From the IMG/VR virus record IMGVR_UViG_3300037427_004270: DNA of 64,000 nt, one strand, 5' to 3'. The DNA is from a virus. The translations under genes were made by a program, and so were the position numbers. Below, piece after piece: positions 26,019 through 35,119 of the stretch. Within the stretch, counting starts at the first letter, position 1. The number at the start of each line of letters is the position of its first letter. A model generated the notes under the pieces. That model was not told where the DNA came from. It did no database searches and saw only the letters and a program-made list of their open reading frames with translations.

Positions 26019-26036
26019 TTTCGGCGGCGCAAGCGC

Positions 26037-26345
26037 CTAAGCCTCTAATAATACCCACCGCTCGGAAAACCCGCCTCGGTCGCGGCGCTTCTTGAGGCGC
26101 TCGTCGTCGAGGTCGGCCTGAGTATATCCAAGTTCAAACGCGAGGGTGAGGATGACCTCGTGGATATCCGCCAACTCCTCAATGCTCGGATCTGTCAAGA
26201 ACTCTGCCACTTCTTCGACAAGCTTATTTCTCAAACAATAAAAATACTCTCTATCGCTTTTCGCTTTTTTAAGAAAAAAATCACCTCCCTCTTTTTGCAA
26301 TATGTCGGGAATGCCATCCCGAACAAGTTTATTGTACTTTTTCAT
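26037..26345 (-). CDS. MazG-like NTP pyrophosphohydrolase (phosphoribosyl-ATP pyrophosphohydrolase-like)
   Basis: YNKLVRDGIP, KLVEEVAEF, EELADIHEV, KRRDRGGF. Confidence 0.85.
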   Translation of the reverse strand: MKKYNKLVRDGIPDILQKEGGDFFLKKAKSDREYFYCLRNKLVEEVAEFLTDPSIEELADIHEVILTLAFELGYTQADLDDERLKKRRDRGGFSERWVLLEA

Positions 26346-26830
26346 TGGGCACCACCGTCAGTGCTACCAAGAGCTCCTTCACCACGCTCTGAGATGGTGA
26401 TAGGGTACCAATCATATGGCTCTGCATTTGTCTCCAGGGCTCGGAAGTGGACCACGGGAATCATCACTGCTTGTGCAATCTTGGTTCCTGGCTCTACAAC
26501 TTGCGTCTTTTTGCCAATGTTGTGGATATTAACAAAGACCTCTCCGTCGTAGCCACTGTCAACAACGCATGCACCGACAACAAGGCTTCTCTTAGAAGCA
26601 ACGCTACTACGGTTCTTGATCTCCAGCATATAGCCATGAGGGACACCAAAGCGATAGCCAGTCTGCAGTAACACACTGTCTCCAGGCTCGATAGTAACTG
26701 CATCGCGCTCAGGGTGAGGAAGCAAGCCCTCATACCCAGGGTTGAAATACAAGTCTAAGCCTGCGTCGCTTGGGTTTGAACGAGTTGGTGGTTTAATGTT
26801 CTCTCGAACTCTTTTCATTTCAATAATCAT
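26342..26830 (-). CDS. dut: dUTPase (trimeric)
   Basis: AGLDL, RSSVA, VVDSGYDGEV, IAQAV, RGEGALGST. Confidence 0.95.
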   Translation of the reverse strand: MIIEMKRVRENIKPPTRSNPSDAGLDLYFNPGYEGLLPHPERDAVTIEPGDSVLLQTGYRFGVPHGYMLEIKNRSSVASKRSLVVGACVVDSGYDGEVFVNIHNIGKKTQVVEPGTKIAQAVMIPVVHFRALETNAEPYDWYPITISERGEGALGSTDGGAQ

Positions 26831-27897
26831 TTTAACTCCTTTTCGATAACAATGACGAACTCAACGTTCTTCTTTTTCTTGGCCTTCTCAGCCTTGTCTC
26901 CGCCTGCACCAATTCTGGACATGACGTGACGATCATGAATCTTTGAATGGACTTTGTAACTCTTGTACTGCTCGCAAAGACCAATCATTTCCTCGTAAGA
27001 GATAAGACCTTCGTCGCTATAAGAGAATACACAATACTGAACTGGCAGTCTGTCTACCAGCTTCTTGGTTGCATCCAATGCTCCCTTTGCGGAATACCAA
27101 GGACTGGCCATATTCATATCTCTCTTCTCTCCGGACTTAACCCTGTCAATGCGTCTATTTGTTTTTAGCCCGACCTCTGGCTTGTCCCACTTAGTAATGC
27201 TATCCCATATGTGATAGTAAGTGGAGTAATCAGCCGCAGTGTATGGCGGGTCAATGTACGCAATTGATGCTTCTGGATATTCCAACAGCAAGGCATCGCC
27301 AGTGAGGTGTTCTCCGGTTGGCCCTGGGACAGTTTGCAACATCTTGAACCTCATATCTTCGCTGGAGCGGGTACTCTTCCACTCTTTCAAGTATGCTTGC
27401 TGCAGGCCAACAGTGTTGTCAACCTTATCAAGAGCAAATATAATGCAAGCAATAAGATAGTGCTTATCAACGTCTGAGATGTCTAGTGACTCAACATAGT
27501 CTCTGGCTGCATCTGCTCTCATACCGTTCTTCTTTTTCCATACCCGGACAACATTATCGTTGCCGTCCTTCGACAAGACGTCACAGTAGTTATCTGTTAG
27601 CCAGCCTGCAGTGGGCTCGATCTTGTTCATGATGTCGATGTGCTCTTCGAGATGGCTCATGTTACCATTGTTGCAAATGAAAGCCTTGCTGTATGCTTCG
27701 GTAGCCCAAGCCATGTCGCTGGTCGTTACCTTGTAGCCAAGCTTCTTGAAAGTCTGAGCTACTCTGGTCGTGCCTGCGAACACATCTATTAATGTTTTAT
27801 CTTTTACCTCTAGTCCCTCAATAACTTCTGCAATGAGGGGCATGATCTTGTTCTTTGAGCCGAGGTATCGAACTCCGTATGTTGTGTAATCAGTCAT
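26827..27897 (-). CDS. DNA adenine methyltransferase (D12/FokI-like class)
   Basis: RYLGSKNK, IDVFAGTTRVA (motif I), YIDPPY (motif IV), FSYSDEG. Confidence 0.9.
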   Translation of the reverse strand: MTDYTTYGVRYLGSKNKIMPLIAEVIEGLEVKDKTLIDVFAGTTRVAQTFKKLGYKVTTSDMAWATEAYSKAFICNNGNMSHLEEHIDIMNKIEPTAGWLTDNYCDVLSKDGNDNVVRVWKKKNGMRADAARDYVESLDISDVDKHYLIACIIFALDKVDNTVGLQQAYLKEWKSTRSSEDMRFKMLQTVPGPTGEHLTGDALLLEYPEASIAYIDPPYTAADYSTYYHIWDSITKWDKPEVGLKTNRRIDRVKSGEKRDMNMASPWYSAKGALDATKKLVDRLPVQYCVFSYSDEGLISYEEMIGLCEQYKSYKVHSKIHDRHVMSRIGAGGDKAEKAKKKKNVEFVIVIEKELK

Positions 27898-28853
27898 TGT
27901 TTCTCCTGTTGCAGACGTAACTCTGCATCTGTATATCCGTCACCAACCGCCTGTGTACCACCGCCGCGCTTGGTCTGTGGTTTAAAGTTGATATTATCGC
28001 ATATCTTCTTCTTGTTGTCAAGGCTAATATCATTTATCACGCAAACAGAAATGCCTTGCTCGTGTGGTTTAAAGAACATTAGGGTATCAAAGCCATCAAT
28101 GAGTTTGTATTTTCTCATTATCTCAAAGCCGACGGCTTGCTTCCTCTCGTGAATTTTCTCTTTCATGGGAAGTTTTACAGTCTCTGCATAACACCCAATG
28201 ATACGCTGTTCCGCTGCATCGTCAAGCTCGTAAACACACTCCAGCATCTTTTCTACCAACGAGATGTCATCAGTCTCGAATTGAGCTGCAGAGCCCCTCA
28301 CCTTTCTTCGGCCTGGGTAGTATTCATCGAGATAGGCGTCGAGGGCTCGGAGAGATGCATCTGATGTTCCCTTCAATGTTGCGTTGCCTGCCTTCACTTC
28401 GATGTGACGGTTTTTGTCTTCGGTGGAAACGCTAACATCTTCATCCCCAATGGAGGGGACTGCACCTTTCAGGATCATTAAGGAGAGAAGCTCTGCCTTT
28501 CCCTTCCCTTTGTTTGATATCTCTAGCATTGTATATCGAAACTTTTTGAAAGTTTCGTTCTCCCGCAAGATATGGCCCTTGGGAAAAATGTCGAGTATTT
28601 CGAATCTCTCAACTGCTCCGGTTGGCAGGTCTGCCAGATTTTCCTCGTCAAGCAGTGCCCTTAGCATTTCAAACCCGTCGTAAGTCTTGCAATGGATGGC
28701 AAAGGCGGTGTTGTAGATCGCATCCTCAATCTTGGCCTGCAGGCTTTCTGAGCCTGACAGGGCTACCATCTTGTCCACCAGTGGCTTAGCTGCTGCGTAC
28801 CAGGCGTTTGAGTGCTCTTCTAAGAAGTTCTTTTGTTCTGTGTTTAATAACAT
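27894..28853 (-). CDS. Putative PD-(D/E)XK endonuclease
   Basis: GKGKAEL...GDEDV...HIEVKAG motif; ATGA-coupled to the methyltransferase. Confidence 0.55.
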   Translation of the reverse strand: MLLNTEQKNFLEEHSNAWYAAAKPLVDKMVALSGSESLQAKIEDAIYNTAFAIHCKTYDGFEMLRALLDEENLADLPTGAVERFEILDIFPKGHILRENETFKKFRYTMLEISNKGKGKAELLSLMILKGAVPSIGDEDVSVSTEDKNRHIEVKAGNATLKGTSDASLRALDAYLDEYYPGRRKVRGSAAQFETDDISLVEKMLECVYELDDAAEQRIIGCYAETVKLPMKEKIHERKQAVGFEIMRKYKLIDGFDTLMFFKPHEQGISVCVINDISLDNKKKICDNINFKPQTKRGGGTQAVGDGYTDAELRLQQEKQ

Positions 28854-28862
28854 ACTCTACTC

Positions 28863-28988
28863 CTACTCTTTGTCTTTCTTCTCGTTAATCTTGTCAATAG
28901 TATAAAGGACTCCGAATGTTATCCCCGTTACGATCACAAAGTTTATTGCTGTGACTACCATAAGGTCGCCTAAGAATGCAAAACTCAT
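28863..28988 (-). CDS. Small single-pass membrane protein (41 aa)
   Basis: MSFAFLGDLMVVTAINFVIVTGITFGVLYTIDKINEKKDKE; GGAG RBS. Confidence 0.55.
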   Translation of the reverse strand: MSFAFLGDLMVVTAINFVIVTGITFGVLYTIDKINEKKDKE

Positions 28989-28996
28989 ACTCTCTC

Positions 28997-31900
28997 CTAT
29001 CCCAACATCTTAAACTGATGTCGGATGCTTCTGCAAGAAAAACCCCATTGTTCGTCATACTGCAGTCTAGCCATGTAAGGGTGATTAATAGTAATCGAAT
29101 CCTTACCCTCTTTTATACCCCAACACTTGATACTTGTCAAGACATTATTTTCATCAATTACTTCTACGATCCAATAAGTCTTGTCATTCTTGGTCTTTCT
29201 CGACGTCACTTTGCGTGGAATGAACCACACAGCACCTAACTCTGGATCGTATTCTGAGATGGGTGGAACGTATCTTTCTCTCAACCTGCGGATAACCGAG
29301 TCGTTGACAACCAAATGCATGGGAAAGATCCCTGTCAAGTTTACCAAGTTCTCGATCCTCTCCTCATTAGAGAAGTCCAAGCCTTCGCCTTCGGACAAGA
29401 GAAAGTCTTCGGCCTTCAGCAAGTTTTCCTCAAGGTTCTTCTCCTTGCGAGGTCTATCGAAAGCGACACAGAACCAGAAATGGCGATCTCCCTTGAAGCG
29501 GTCATCCATTAGAGGCTTCAATGCACCAGAGCGACACAGCACGTCGAGGGCCTTCTTGTTTAATTTACTGTAGGTAATCTTCTCATTGAAAAGAAAGTCT
29601 TCAACATCCTTAAACGGACGGGCTCCCTCTATCTGCTCAATGGCCGTGAGTCCCAAGCCCTTAATTGATGTAAGGGGCTGAATGAGCGTAGAGCCATCCT
29701 CGGAGATTTCCCACACCCTACCGGAGTTGTTGATATCCAAACTTCGAATAGCAAAGCCCTGGCTCTTGGCAGTGTTGATAGCTGCCTCTTTTCTGTTCTC
29801 GGGCTCTTTATCCAAGAATGCTGCAGTCCACTCTGCTGGATAGTAGTTCAACAACCAAGCACACTGATAGGATAGAGTCGCATATGAAACTGCGTGACTG
29901 GCGTTGAAGCCATAGCCAGAGAAGAATTCCATCTTCTTCCAGATGATCTCTGCGTCTTCAAGGCGCATGCCTTTATCGGTGCAACCCTCAAGAAACTTCT
30001 TCTCGATCTTGTCCAACTCCTTCTTGCCTTTGCCGGTGCCTTTCTTTGTCAGCAACTTTCTAAGTAAGTTACCTTCATCAAGAGAGACATTCTTTCCCAT
30101 CTTGTGAGCGATCAATGCCAACTGTTCTTGAAAAATAATGAAACCATAAGTCTCTTCGAGAATCTCCTTCAACAGTGGGTGGCCATACTCTACCTCATCA
30201 GGGTTCAGTTTCGCTGCAACGTAAAGCTTATCTACATTTGCAGACAATGGACCCGGACGGAAGATAGAGGTAATGGCGGAAAGGTCCATTAGCGACTCTG
30301 GCTTTGCTTGTTTACAAAACTTCTGAGCTCCATCATTAGTGAATTGGAATACTCCTGTCCACTTTCCTTCATGAAAGATGTTCTTCCAGACCTCTTGGTT
30401 ATCAAAGTCGATAGCTCCAGGGTGAAGCTTCTCGTTGTAAAAGTTCTGGACGTCTTCAAAGGTTGGGTTCTCAACCTTCATATGTCTCTTTAAGATATGT
30501 CGGATAGCTCCCTCGACCATACGGAGACTGGCTAGTCCAAGAATATCAAATTTAATAAAGCCCATGGGCTCCAAGTGTCTGACGTTCTGTCCTTCGGACC
30601 ACGGAGTCTGCCTTACCCCACCAGAGGCGATGATGGGCATGTACTTCGTAAGCTGCTCACCAACGAGACAACCACCAGCGTGACGCGAGGCAGAGCGCAC
30701 TTGGCCATACAGATTTAAAACATGAGTCTTCACGTCGGGATACTTCTCAAGAAAGTTCCTCAGACTATCGCTATACTGCATGACCTCCTCAAAGGTCGGA
30801 ACATATACACCCGCAGTCTGCCCCTTGGCAGCCTTAGCTTTTGGAGTAGCCTCACGCATCATCTTGCTGGTCACTGTGTTGACCTCAATAAAGGGAATGC
30901 CGTATAACTTCGAAATGTCTTTGATAAGCGAGCGCAACTGCAATGTGTTCCAGTTGGTAATTGGGACAACGGTGTCCTCGCCCCACTCTTCAATAAGCAT
31001 CTCCTTTGCTTCCATTGGTTCGGAGCAGTCATAATCGATATCGGGATAGTCAGTAGCATCTTTGCGTAGAAACCTCTCAAACTGGAGCTTGTACTTGATG
31101 GGGTCAATTTGTGTAATGTCCAAAACATAAGACACCAGTGACCCTGCAGCAGAACCACGTCCTGCGCCGACAAGCTGTTTAGATGATACTCTATCAGAAA
31201 TAGCTTTCATTGTCAAGAAGTATTTACTAAAGCCGCGATCTGAGATGACCTCTAGCTCTCCCTTTAGTCTATTGACATATTCCATATTCTTTGCCATGCC
31301 CTTCTTCTTTAGGGCCTCGATACATTGAGAGATGAGAGCGCGGTCTGCGGTCTGGCCTTTTGGTACCACAAAGTCAGGCAAACGAACAGTGTTATCCGGG
31401 AAGAAGGCTTTTATCTTCTCGTGAGCAATCTGGTGTGTTCTTTCGATGCTCCCCAACACCAACTTATCGTCATACTCGACACCACACTTCTCAGAGTATC
31501 TCTTGTAGGACTCCCACATCTCATCACCGTTCTTGGGGTATAACTCATAAGACATGTCACTCAGGCTCTCTGGGAGTTCCGAGTCCATGCCCTTTCCTTT
31601 GGAAATCCACCCAAGCTTCTTATAAAGCTCTCGATCTTTCCATAGGTCTGGCGATGGGTAGTGACTATCCGCAGTAGAGATGAGAGGAACATTCATCTCG
31701 CCGCACACCTGAATAACATACTTGTTAATTTCATGCTGTTCGGGAATGGCGTTCCACTGCAGCTCACCGTACCAGTTGTCACCAAATATTTCGACCATGC
31801 GTCGAGTTGTCTCGCGCATAGCATCGAGGACAGCCTCTTCGCTCTCTTCGCGGTTCTCCCAGAAATCTCCAGCGTAAATACCACCCATGCAAGCAGAGGC

Positions 31901-32437
31901 GGCAATGATGCCCTCGGAGTTCTCAGCAAGGAGTTCATAGTCAACGCGAGGGTATCGAAAGAAGTTCTCTGGGGAATATGACTTTGATATCATCTTGAAT
32001 AAGTTCGTGAGGCCCGTCTGGTTCTGTGCCAACAGCACAAGGTGCCGGCGCTTGTTGATATGACTCTTGATAAGGGATTTGGAAGCATCTTCGTCCTCGA
32101 CTGTCGTGCCACTCGCGTCTTCTTTGCTCTTCGTCTTCTTTCCGGCGTCATACTCATCCTTTACCTTGCGCCACTCCTCGACACTCGGAACAAAATAAGC
32201 CTCAACGCCGTAAATGGGCTTGAACTCACGACCCTCTGCCTGCATCTTCTTGCCATGAAGAACTTGGTATGCTAGGCCGTTCATGTTGCCATGGTCAGTG
32301 AGAGCAAGGGCATCGCTACCATTTCCATACGCGAAGTTCATGTGATCCTGTGGGTATCCAAGGCCATCGAAAGGACTACCAGCAACCGAATGTGCATGAA
32401 GGCCAACGAACTTAATTTTACTTTTCTTTCTTTCCAT
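28997..32437 (-). CDS. dnaE: DNA polymerase III alpha subunit (family C, DnaE-type)
   Basis: PHP domain (GLHAHS, LTDHG), GRGSAAGSLV, PDIDYD, KFDILGL, FQEQL, GYGFNASHA, C-terminal OB-like region; no intein-sized insertion. Confidence 0.97.
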   Translation of the reverse strand: MERKKSKIKFVGLHAHSVAGSPFDGLGYPQDHMNFAYGNGSDALALTDHGNMNGLAYQVLHGKKMQAEGREFKPIYGVEAYFVPSVEEWRKVKDEYDAGKKTKSKEDASGTTVEDEDASKSLIKSHINKRRHLVLLAQNQTGLTNLFKMISKSYSPENFFRYPRVDYELLAENSEGIIAASACMGGIYAGDFWENREESEEAVLDAMRETTRRMVEIFGDNWYGELQWNAIPEQHEINKYVIQVCGEMNVPLISTADSHYPSPDLWKDRELYKKLGWISKGKGMDSELPESLSDMSYELYPKNGDEMWESYKRYSEKCGVEYDDKLVLGSIERTHQIAHEKIKAFFPDNTVRLPDFVVPKGQTADRALISQCIEALKKKGMAKNMEYVNRLKGELEVISDRGFSKYFLTMKAISDRVSSKQLVGAGRGSAAGSLVSYVLDITQIDPIKYKLQFERFLRKDATDYPDIDYDCSEPMEAKEMLIEEWGEDTVVPITNWNTLQLRSLIKDISKLYGIPFIEVNTVTSKMMREATPKAKAAKGQTAGVYVPTFEEVMQYSDSLRNFLEKYPDVKTHVLNLYGQVRSASRHAGGCLVGEQLTKYMPIIASGGVRQTPWSEGQNVRHLEPMGFIKFDILGLASLRMVEGAIRHILKRHMKVENPTFEDVQNFYNEKLHPGAIDFDNQEVWKNIFHEGKWTGVFQFTNDGAQKFCKQAKPESLMDLSAITSIFRPGPLSANVDKLYVAAKLNPDEVEYGHPLLKEILEETYGFIIFQEQLALIAHKMGKNVSLDEGNLLRKLLTKKGTGKGKKELDKIEKKFLEGCTDKGMRLEDAEIIWKKMEFFSGYGFNASHAVSYATLSYQCAWLLNYYPAEWTAAFLDKEPENRKEAAINTAKSQGFAIRSLDINNSGRVWEISEDGSTLIQPLTSIKGLGLTAIEQIEGARPFKDVEDFLFNEKITYSKLNKKALDVLCRSGALKPLMDDRFKGDRHFWFCVAFDRPRKEKNLEENLLKAEDFLLSEGEGLDFSNEERIENLVNLTGIFPMHLVVNDSVIRRLRERYVPPISEYDPELGAVWFIPRKVTSRKTKNDKTYWIVEVIDENNVLTSIKCWGIKEGKDSITINHPYMARLQYDEQWGFSCRSIRHQFKMLG

Positions 32438-32699
32438 ATAAAAACTCCTCTGCTAAACACATATCATGTATGCTGATATAGTGTGTTCCTGACTTTGTAT
32501 AAACCTTACAAAAAGTGTATGATGCATGCTCATTCTCGCTCATGACAATACCGGAAGTTATCTTGCCGATGAATGTCTTCTCTCTCGAACCTGTCAAATG
32601 GAAGGATGTTGAATTATACTCACCTTCTTGGTTGACAAAGAACACCACGAGATCTCCTCTTTTCAATTGATCCCTCCTCAGCTCTCTATTATACTCCAT
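32418..32699 (-). CDS. KOW/SH3-like small protein
   Basis: LKRGDLVVF...GIVM...CKVY; start uncertain. Confidence 0.5.
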   Translation of the reverse strand: MEYNRELRRDQLKRGDLVVFFVNQEGEYNSTSFHLTGSREKTFIGKITSGIVMSENEHASYTFCKVYTKSGTHYISIHDMCLAEEFLYGKKEK

Positions 32700-33463
32700 T
32701 TTTTTCCAGGAATCAAGTCTTTTGAGCGCATATCTATATCTTTTTTTGAAGAAATAAAATTTTCGTAACTTTCCCAAGACGTTATGTCTTGGTGCCACTC
32801 TACCTCGACCTTGTTGTGGTCTATTTCCTGGAAGATGTCAAATACATCTTGGAGCCTTTCTTTTCCGTCTATCCTAATTCTTCTTCTCGCCTTGTTAAAG
32901 ACAAGTTTGTTTATAGTAAAAGACAAGTTGTTAGATGTAAGCAACGACTCCTGACCGCACGATACTATAGTTGGCTTGTCTCTATCCAGAAAGACCTTTT
33001 TGTTTTCAATGATGCCTGAAATATCACAAGCCTTATAAGGAGAGCACACATAGTAGTTGTCTGGGGTTATCCACTTGCTTAGTCCCTTTGCTATCCGGAA
33101 TGCCATGAAAGAACCATGAATAGCTCCCCACGGGTAGGTGAGTCGGCCAATGTTCTGGTCCCTTGGCTTGATGGGGACATAATATATCGGTACCTTCGGA
33201 ACATTGCTGGTTGAAACCTTATATTCATAAGTGTTATAGTCATAAGCCCACTCACCAATGTGGTCTTTGACGAACGCGATATCTCTGTACTGAGAAACTA
33301 TCCACACCGTGTCACAACCTGCAGCCAAACATTCGTTGATAGCGTTTTGTAGAAGTGTGTATCCGTTCTTCAACATTAGCATGCAATCATGCAATGGCGT
33401 GTCGAAGTACGTTCCTCTTTTGCAGATAGGGATTATTCCCGCTAAATGGCTTGAGTGGCTCAT
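32678..33463 (-). CDS. Degenerate nucleotidyltransferase (NTP_transferase-like) protein
   Basis: LAGIIP...TPLHDCML...LLQNAINECLAAGCDTVWIV resembles the N-terminus of sugar-phosphate nucleotidyltransferases but lacks GGxGxR. Confidence 0.55.
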   Translation of the reverse strand: MSHSSHLAGIIPICKRGTYFDTPLHDCMLMLKNGYTLLQNAINECLAAGCDTVWIVSQYRDIAFVKDHIGEWAYDYNTYEYKVSTSNVPKVPIYYVPIKPRDQNIGRLTYPWGAIHGSFMAFRIAKGLSKWITPDNYYVCSPYKACDISGIIENKKVFLDRDKPTIVSCGQESLLTSNNLSFTINKLVFNKARRRIRIDGKERLQDVFDIFQEIDHNKVEVEWHQDITSWESYENFISSKKDIDMRSKDLIPGKKWSIIES

Positions 33464-34226
33464 CTAATAGATTATACTCTATTTCGGACAATTTATTAAA
33501 CGTTTCGCGGAAGTGAATATTCTCAATGTCCGAATACTTGTTCATTCCCGCTCTCTTGATAACTCTCTGTCTATGGTCTATCTTTATTGATATTCTTTTT
33601 GCGTTACCCGTCTTTTTGCACAAGCCATTCTTCGAGCCAAGAACCCCGTTACTAGAAAGAACGTCGAACAAACTTAGGCGCACAATTGGTTCCGAATACT
33701 CCGTGTCCGTTAGTTGTTCTTTTGTCATTCTAGACACAGAGCAATAGAATGTCTCCCTGTGAATAGAGAAGGTGAATAACTCTCTCATAAAGTCTTGGTC
33801 TTGAGTTAGGTTCACTAAAGTAGAGGGCTGGACGTTCTTGATGTGGAATATGTCGTAAACTTCCCTCTCTTCGTTTGGCTCATCTAAGTAGAGCTCTAGG
33901 CCGCTTACATTTTCGTCACTATAGAGCCACAAGTTTGCATACTCAAAGTATCTCCTCACCCCTCGTGCACGAGCCTCTATTTTGTTTTCCTCTGGCAACA
34001 CTGTTACGGTGGACATTATATCGCCGAAGGGAACAAGGCCCTTGAGAGACAGGCAGGCGTACAGCTTATCCCATTCTTCTCGCTCTTCGGAAAAGGTAAA
34101 CGGGGGCTCGCCATTCATGAAGAGTGGTACGCCGTGGTGGAAAGAGTGCCTCAAGGCTCCTATACAATTTCCTATAACAATGTCTATCAAGTTTCTATCT
34201 GCTTCCTGCGATACATCCCACAACAC
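33387..34226 (-). CDS. Hypothetical protein, degenerate Rossmann-like start
   Basis: DIVIGNCIGAL resembles a decayed DxxxIGxGxxGL dinucleotide-binding start. Confidence 0.55.
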   Translation of the reverse strand: MLWDVSQEADRNLIDIVIGNCIGALRHSFHHGVPLFMNGEPPFTFSEEREEWDKLYACLSLKGLVPFGDIMSTVTVLPEENKIEARARGVRRYFEYANLWLYSDENVSGLELYLDEPNEEREVYDIFHIKNVQPSTLVNLTQDQDFMRELFTFSIHRETFYCSVSRMTKEQLTDTEYSEPIVRLSLFDVLSSNGVLGSKNGLCKKTGNAKRISIKIDHRQRVIKRAGMNKYSDIENIHFRETFNKLSEIEYNLLDEPLKPFSGNNPYLQKRNVLRHAIA

Positions 34227-34422
34227 AAGAGATTACCTCTCCTACCTTATAGGATAATATGCTGCAATAATACGTCGCATACACCAAGAACTCATATATA
34301 AGCTCAGAGTTTTGCGTTGCCAGTACGAACATCGAAGATGGCACAACAACAACAAGGATGGGACTTAAAACCATACGGCGAAAACGCCTGGATTGTTTTT
34401 TCAGTTTCTCGTTTATTATCAT
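34195..34422 (-). CDS. Small membrane protein
   Basis: Hydrophobic ORF filling the gap after GroES. Confidence 0.4.
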   Translation of the reverse strand: MIINEKLKKQSRRFRRMVLSPILVVVVPSSMFVLATQNSELIYEFLVYATYYCSILSYKVGEVISCVVGCIAGSR

Positions 34423-34487
34423 ATATTGTATTGGATAGCAAACGTTCCACGGGGTACCTCCTTGAAAATAGCCTTTTATGAGTCGGG

Positions 34488-34754
34488 CTATTTAACCTCG
34501 CACAGAACATAGTTCGCTTGTAGTAAATAGTGTTCTTCACCTTTTACTTCTACTTTGCGAACCATATTCGCCTCTGCAACAACCAGAGAACCCTCTTGGA
34601 TCTCTTCTGCAACAGAGGGGTGAACTGCTAAGACTTTTGCAACAACAAAGTCTTTAATAATCTGATAATCATCCGGAAGGAGGATACCTGTCTCCTCAGT
34701 TTCATCTTCCAGAATCTCTATCAAAAGGTTTCTGTTTTTTGGGTATACCTTCAT
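34488..34754 (-). CDS. groS: Co-chaperonin GroES-like
   Basis: KVYPKNRNLLIE, TGILLP mobile-loop-like segment, AKVLAV, EGSLVV, YLL..VL. Confidence 0.75.
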   Translation of the reverse strand: MKVYPKNRNLLIEILEDETEETGILLPDDYQIIKDFVVAKVLAVHPSVAEEIQEGSLVVAEANMVRKVEVKGEEHYLLQANYVLCEVK

Positions 34755-35041
34755 CGGATACTCCTTCCGACTGTCTCATAGAAGTCCCGAAGCTGCTCCA
34801 AGTCAACCTCGTCTTTAAACATTCTATATGCTTTCATAGCGAGCTTGATGTCTTCCTTCTCAAGCCACCCATTCTCAACATAGTTCTGCTTGAGAGCCTT
34901 CTTCTGCTCCTTGAAAGGCTCAATACATTCTTCGATACTGGCGATTGACTTAATGTAGTTGGCCACATGCTCTTCCGTAGAGAGCTTTTCTTCTTTTTCA
35001 ATTTCACGCAAACTTTTGTTAGCAACACGATATTCTGTCAT
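34751..35041 (-). CDS. dsDNA-binding protein (T4 DsbA / GapR-like)
   Basis: YIKSIASIEECIEPFKEQKKALKQNY...EDIKLAMKAYR helical pattern; AAGGAG RBS. Confidence 0.55.
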   Translation of the reverse strand: MTEYRVANKSLREIEKEEKLSTEEHVANYIKSIASIEECIEPFKEQKKALKQNYVENGWLEKEDIKLAMKAYRMFKDEVDLEQLRDFYETVGRSIR

Positions 35042-35061
35042 TTTATCTCCTTCAAAATAAT

Positions 35062-35081
35062 AAAAGAGCCTTTCGGCTCTC
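35062..35081 (-). terminator. Intrinsic terminator after the RNR gene
   Basis: AGAGCC-GAAA-GGCTCT followed by T-rich tail. Confidence 0.75.
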
Positions 35082-35084
35082 TTA

Positions 35085-35111
35085 GTATAACACACATAAA
35101 TGAAAAGTCAA
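35085..35111 (-). promoter_or_regulatory. Extended -10 promoter
   Basis: TGT-TATACT with TTGACT 15 nt upstream. Confidence 0.5.
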
Positions 35112-35119
35112 GTGTCTTT

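Noticed and set aside
24965-26345. Possible 2-aminoadenine (Z-base) pathway suggested by a MazG-like gene plus a purine enzyme and a family-A polymerase
   Set aside because: No PurZ/adenylosuccinate-synthetase-like or HD-domain dATPase gene is recognisable in the window
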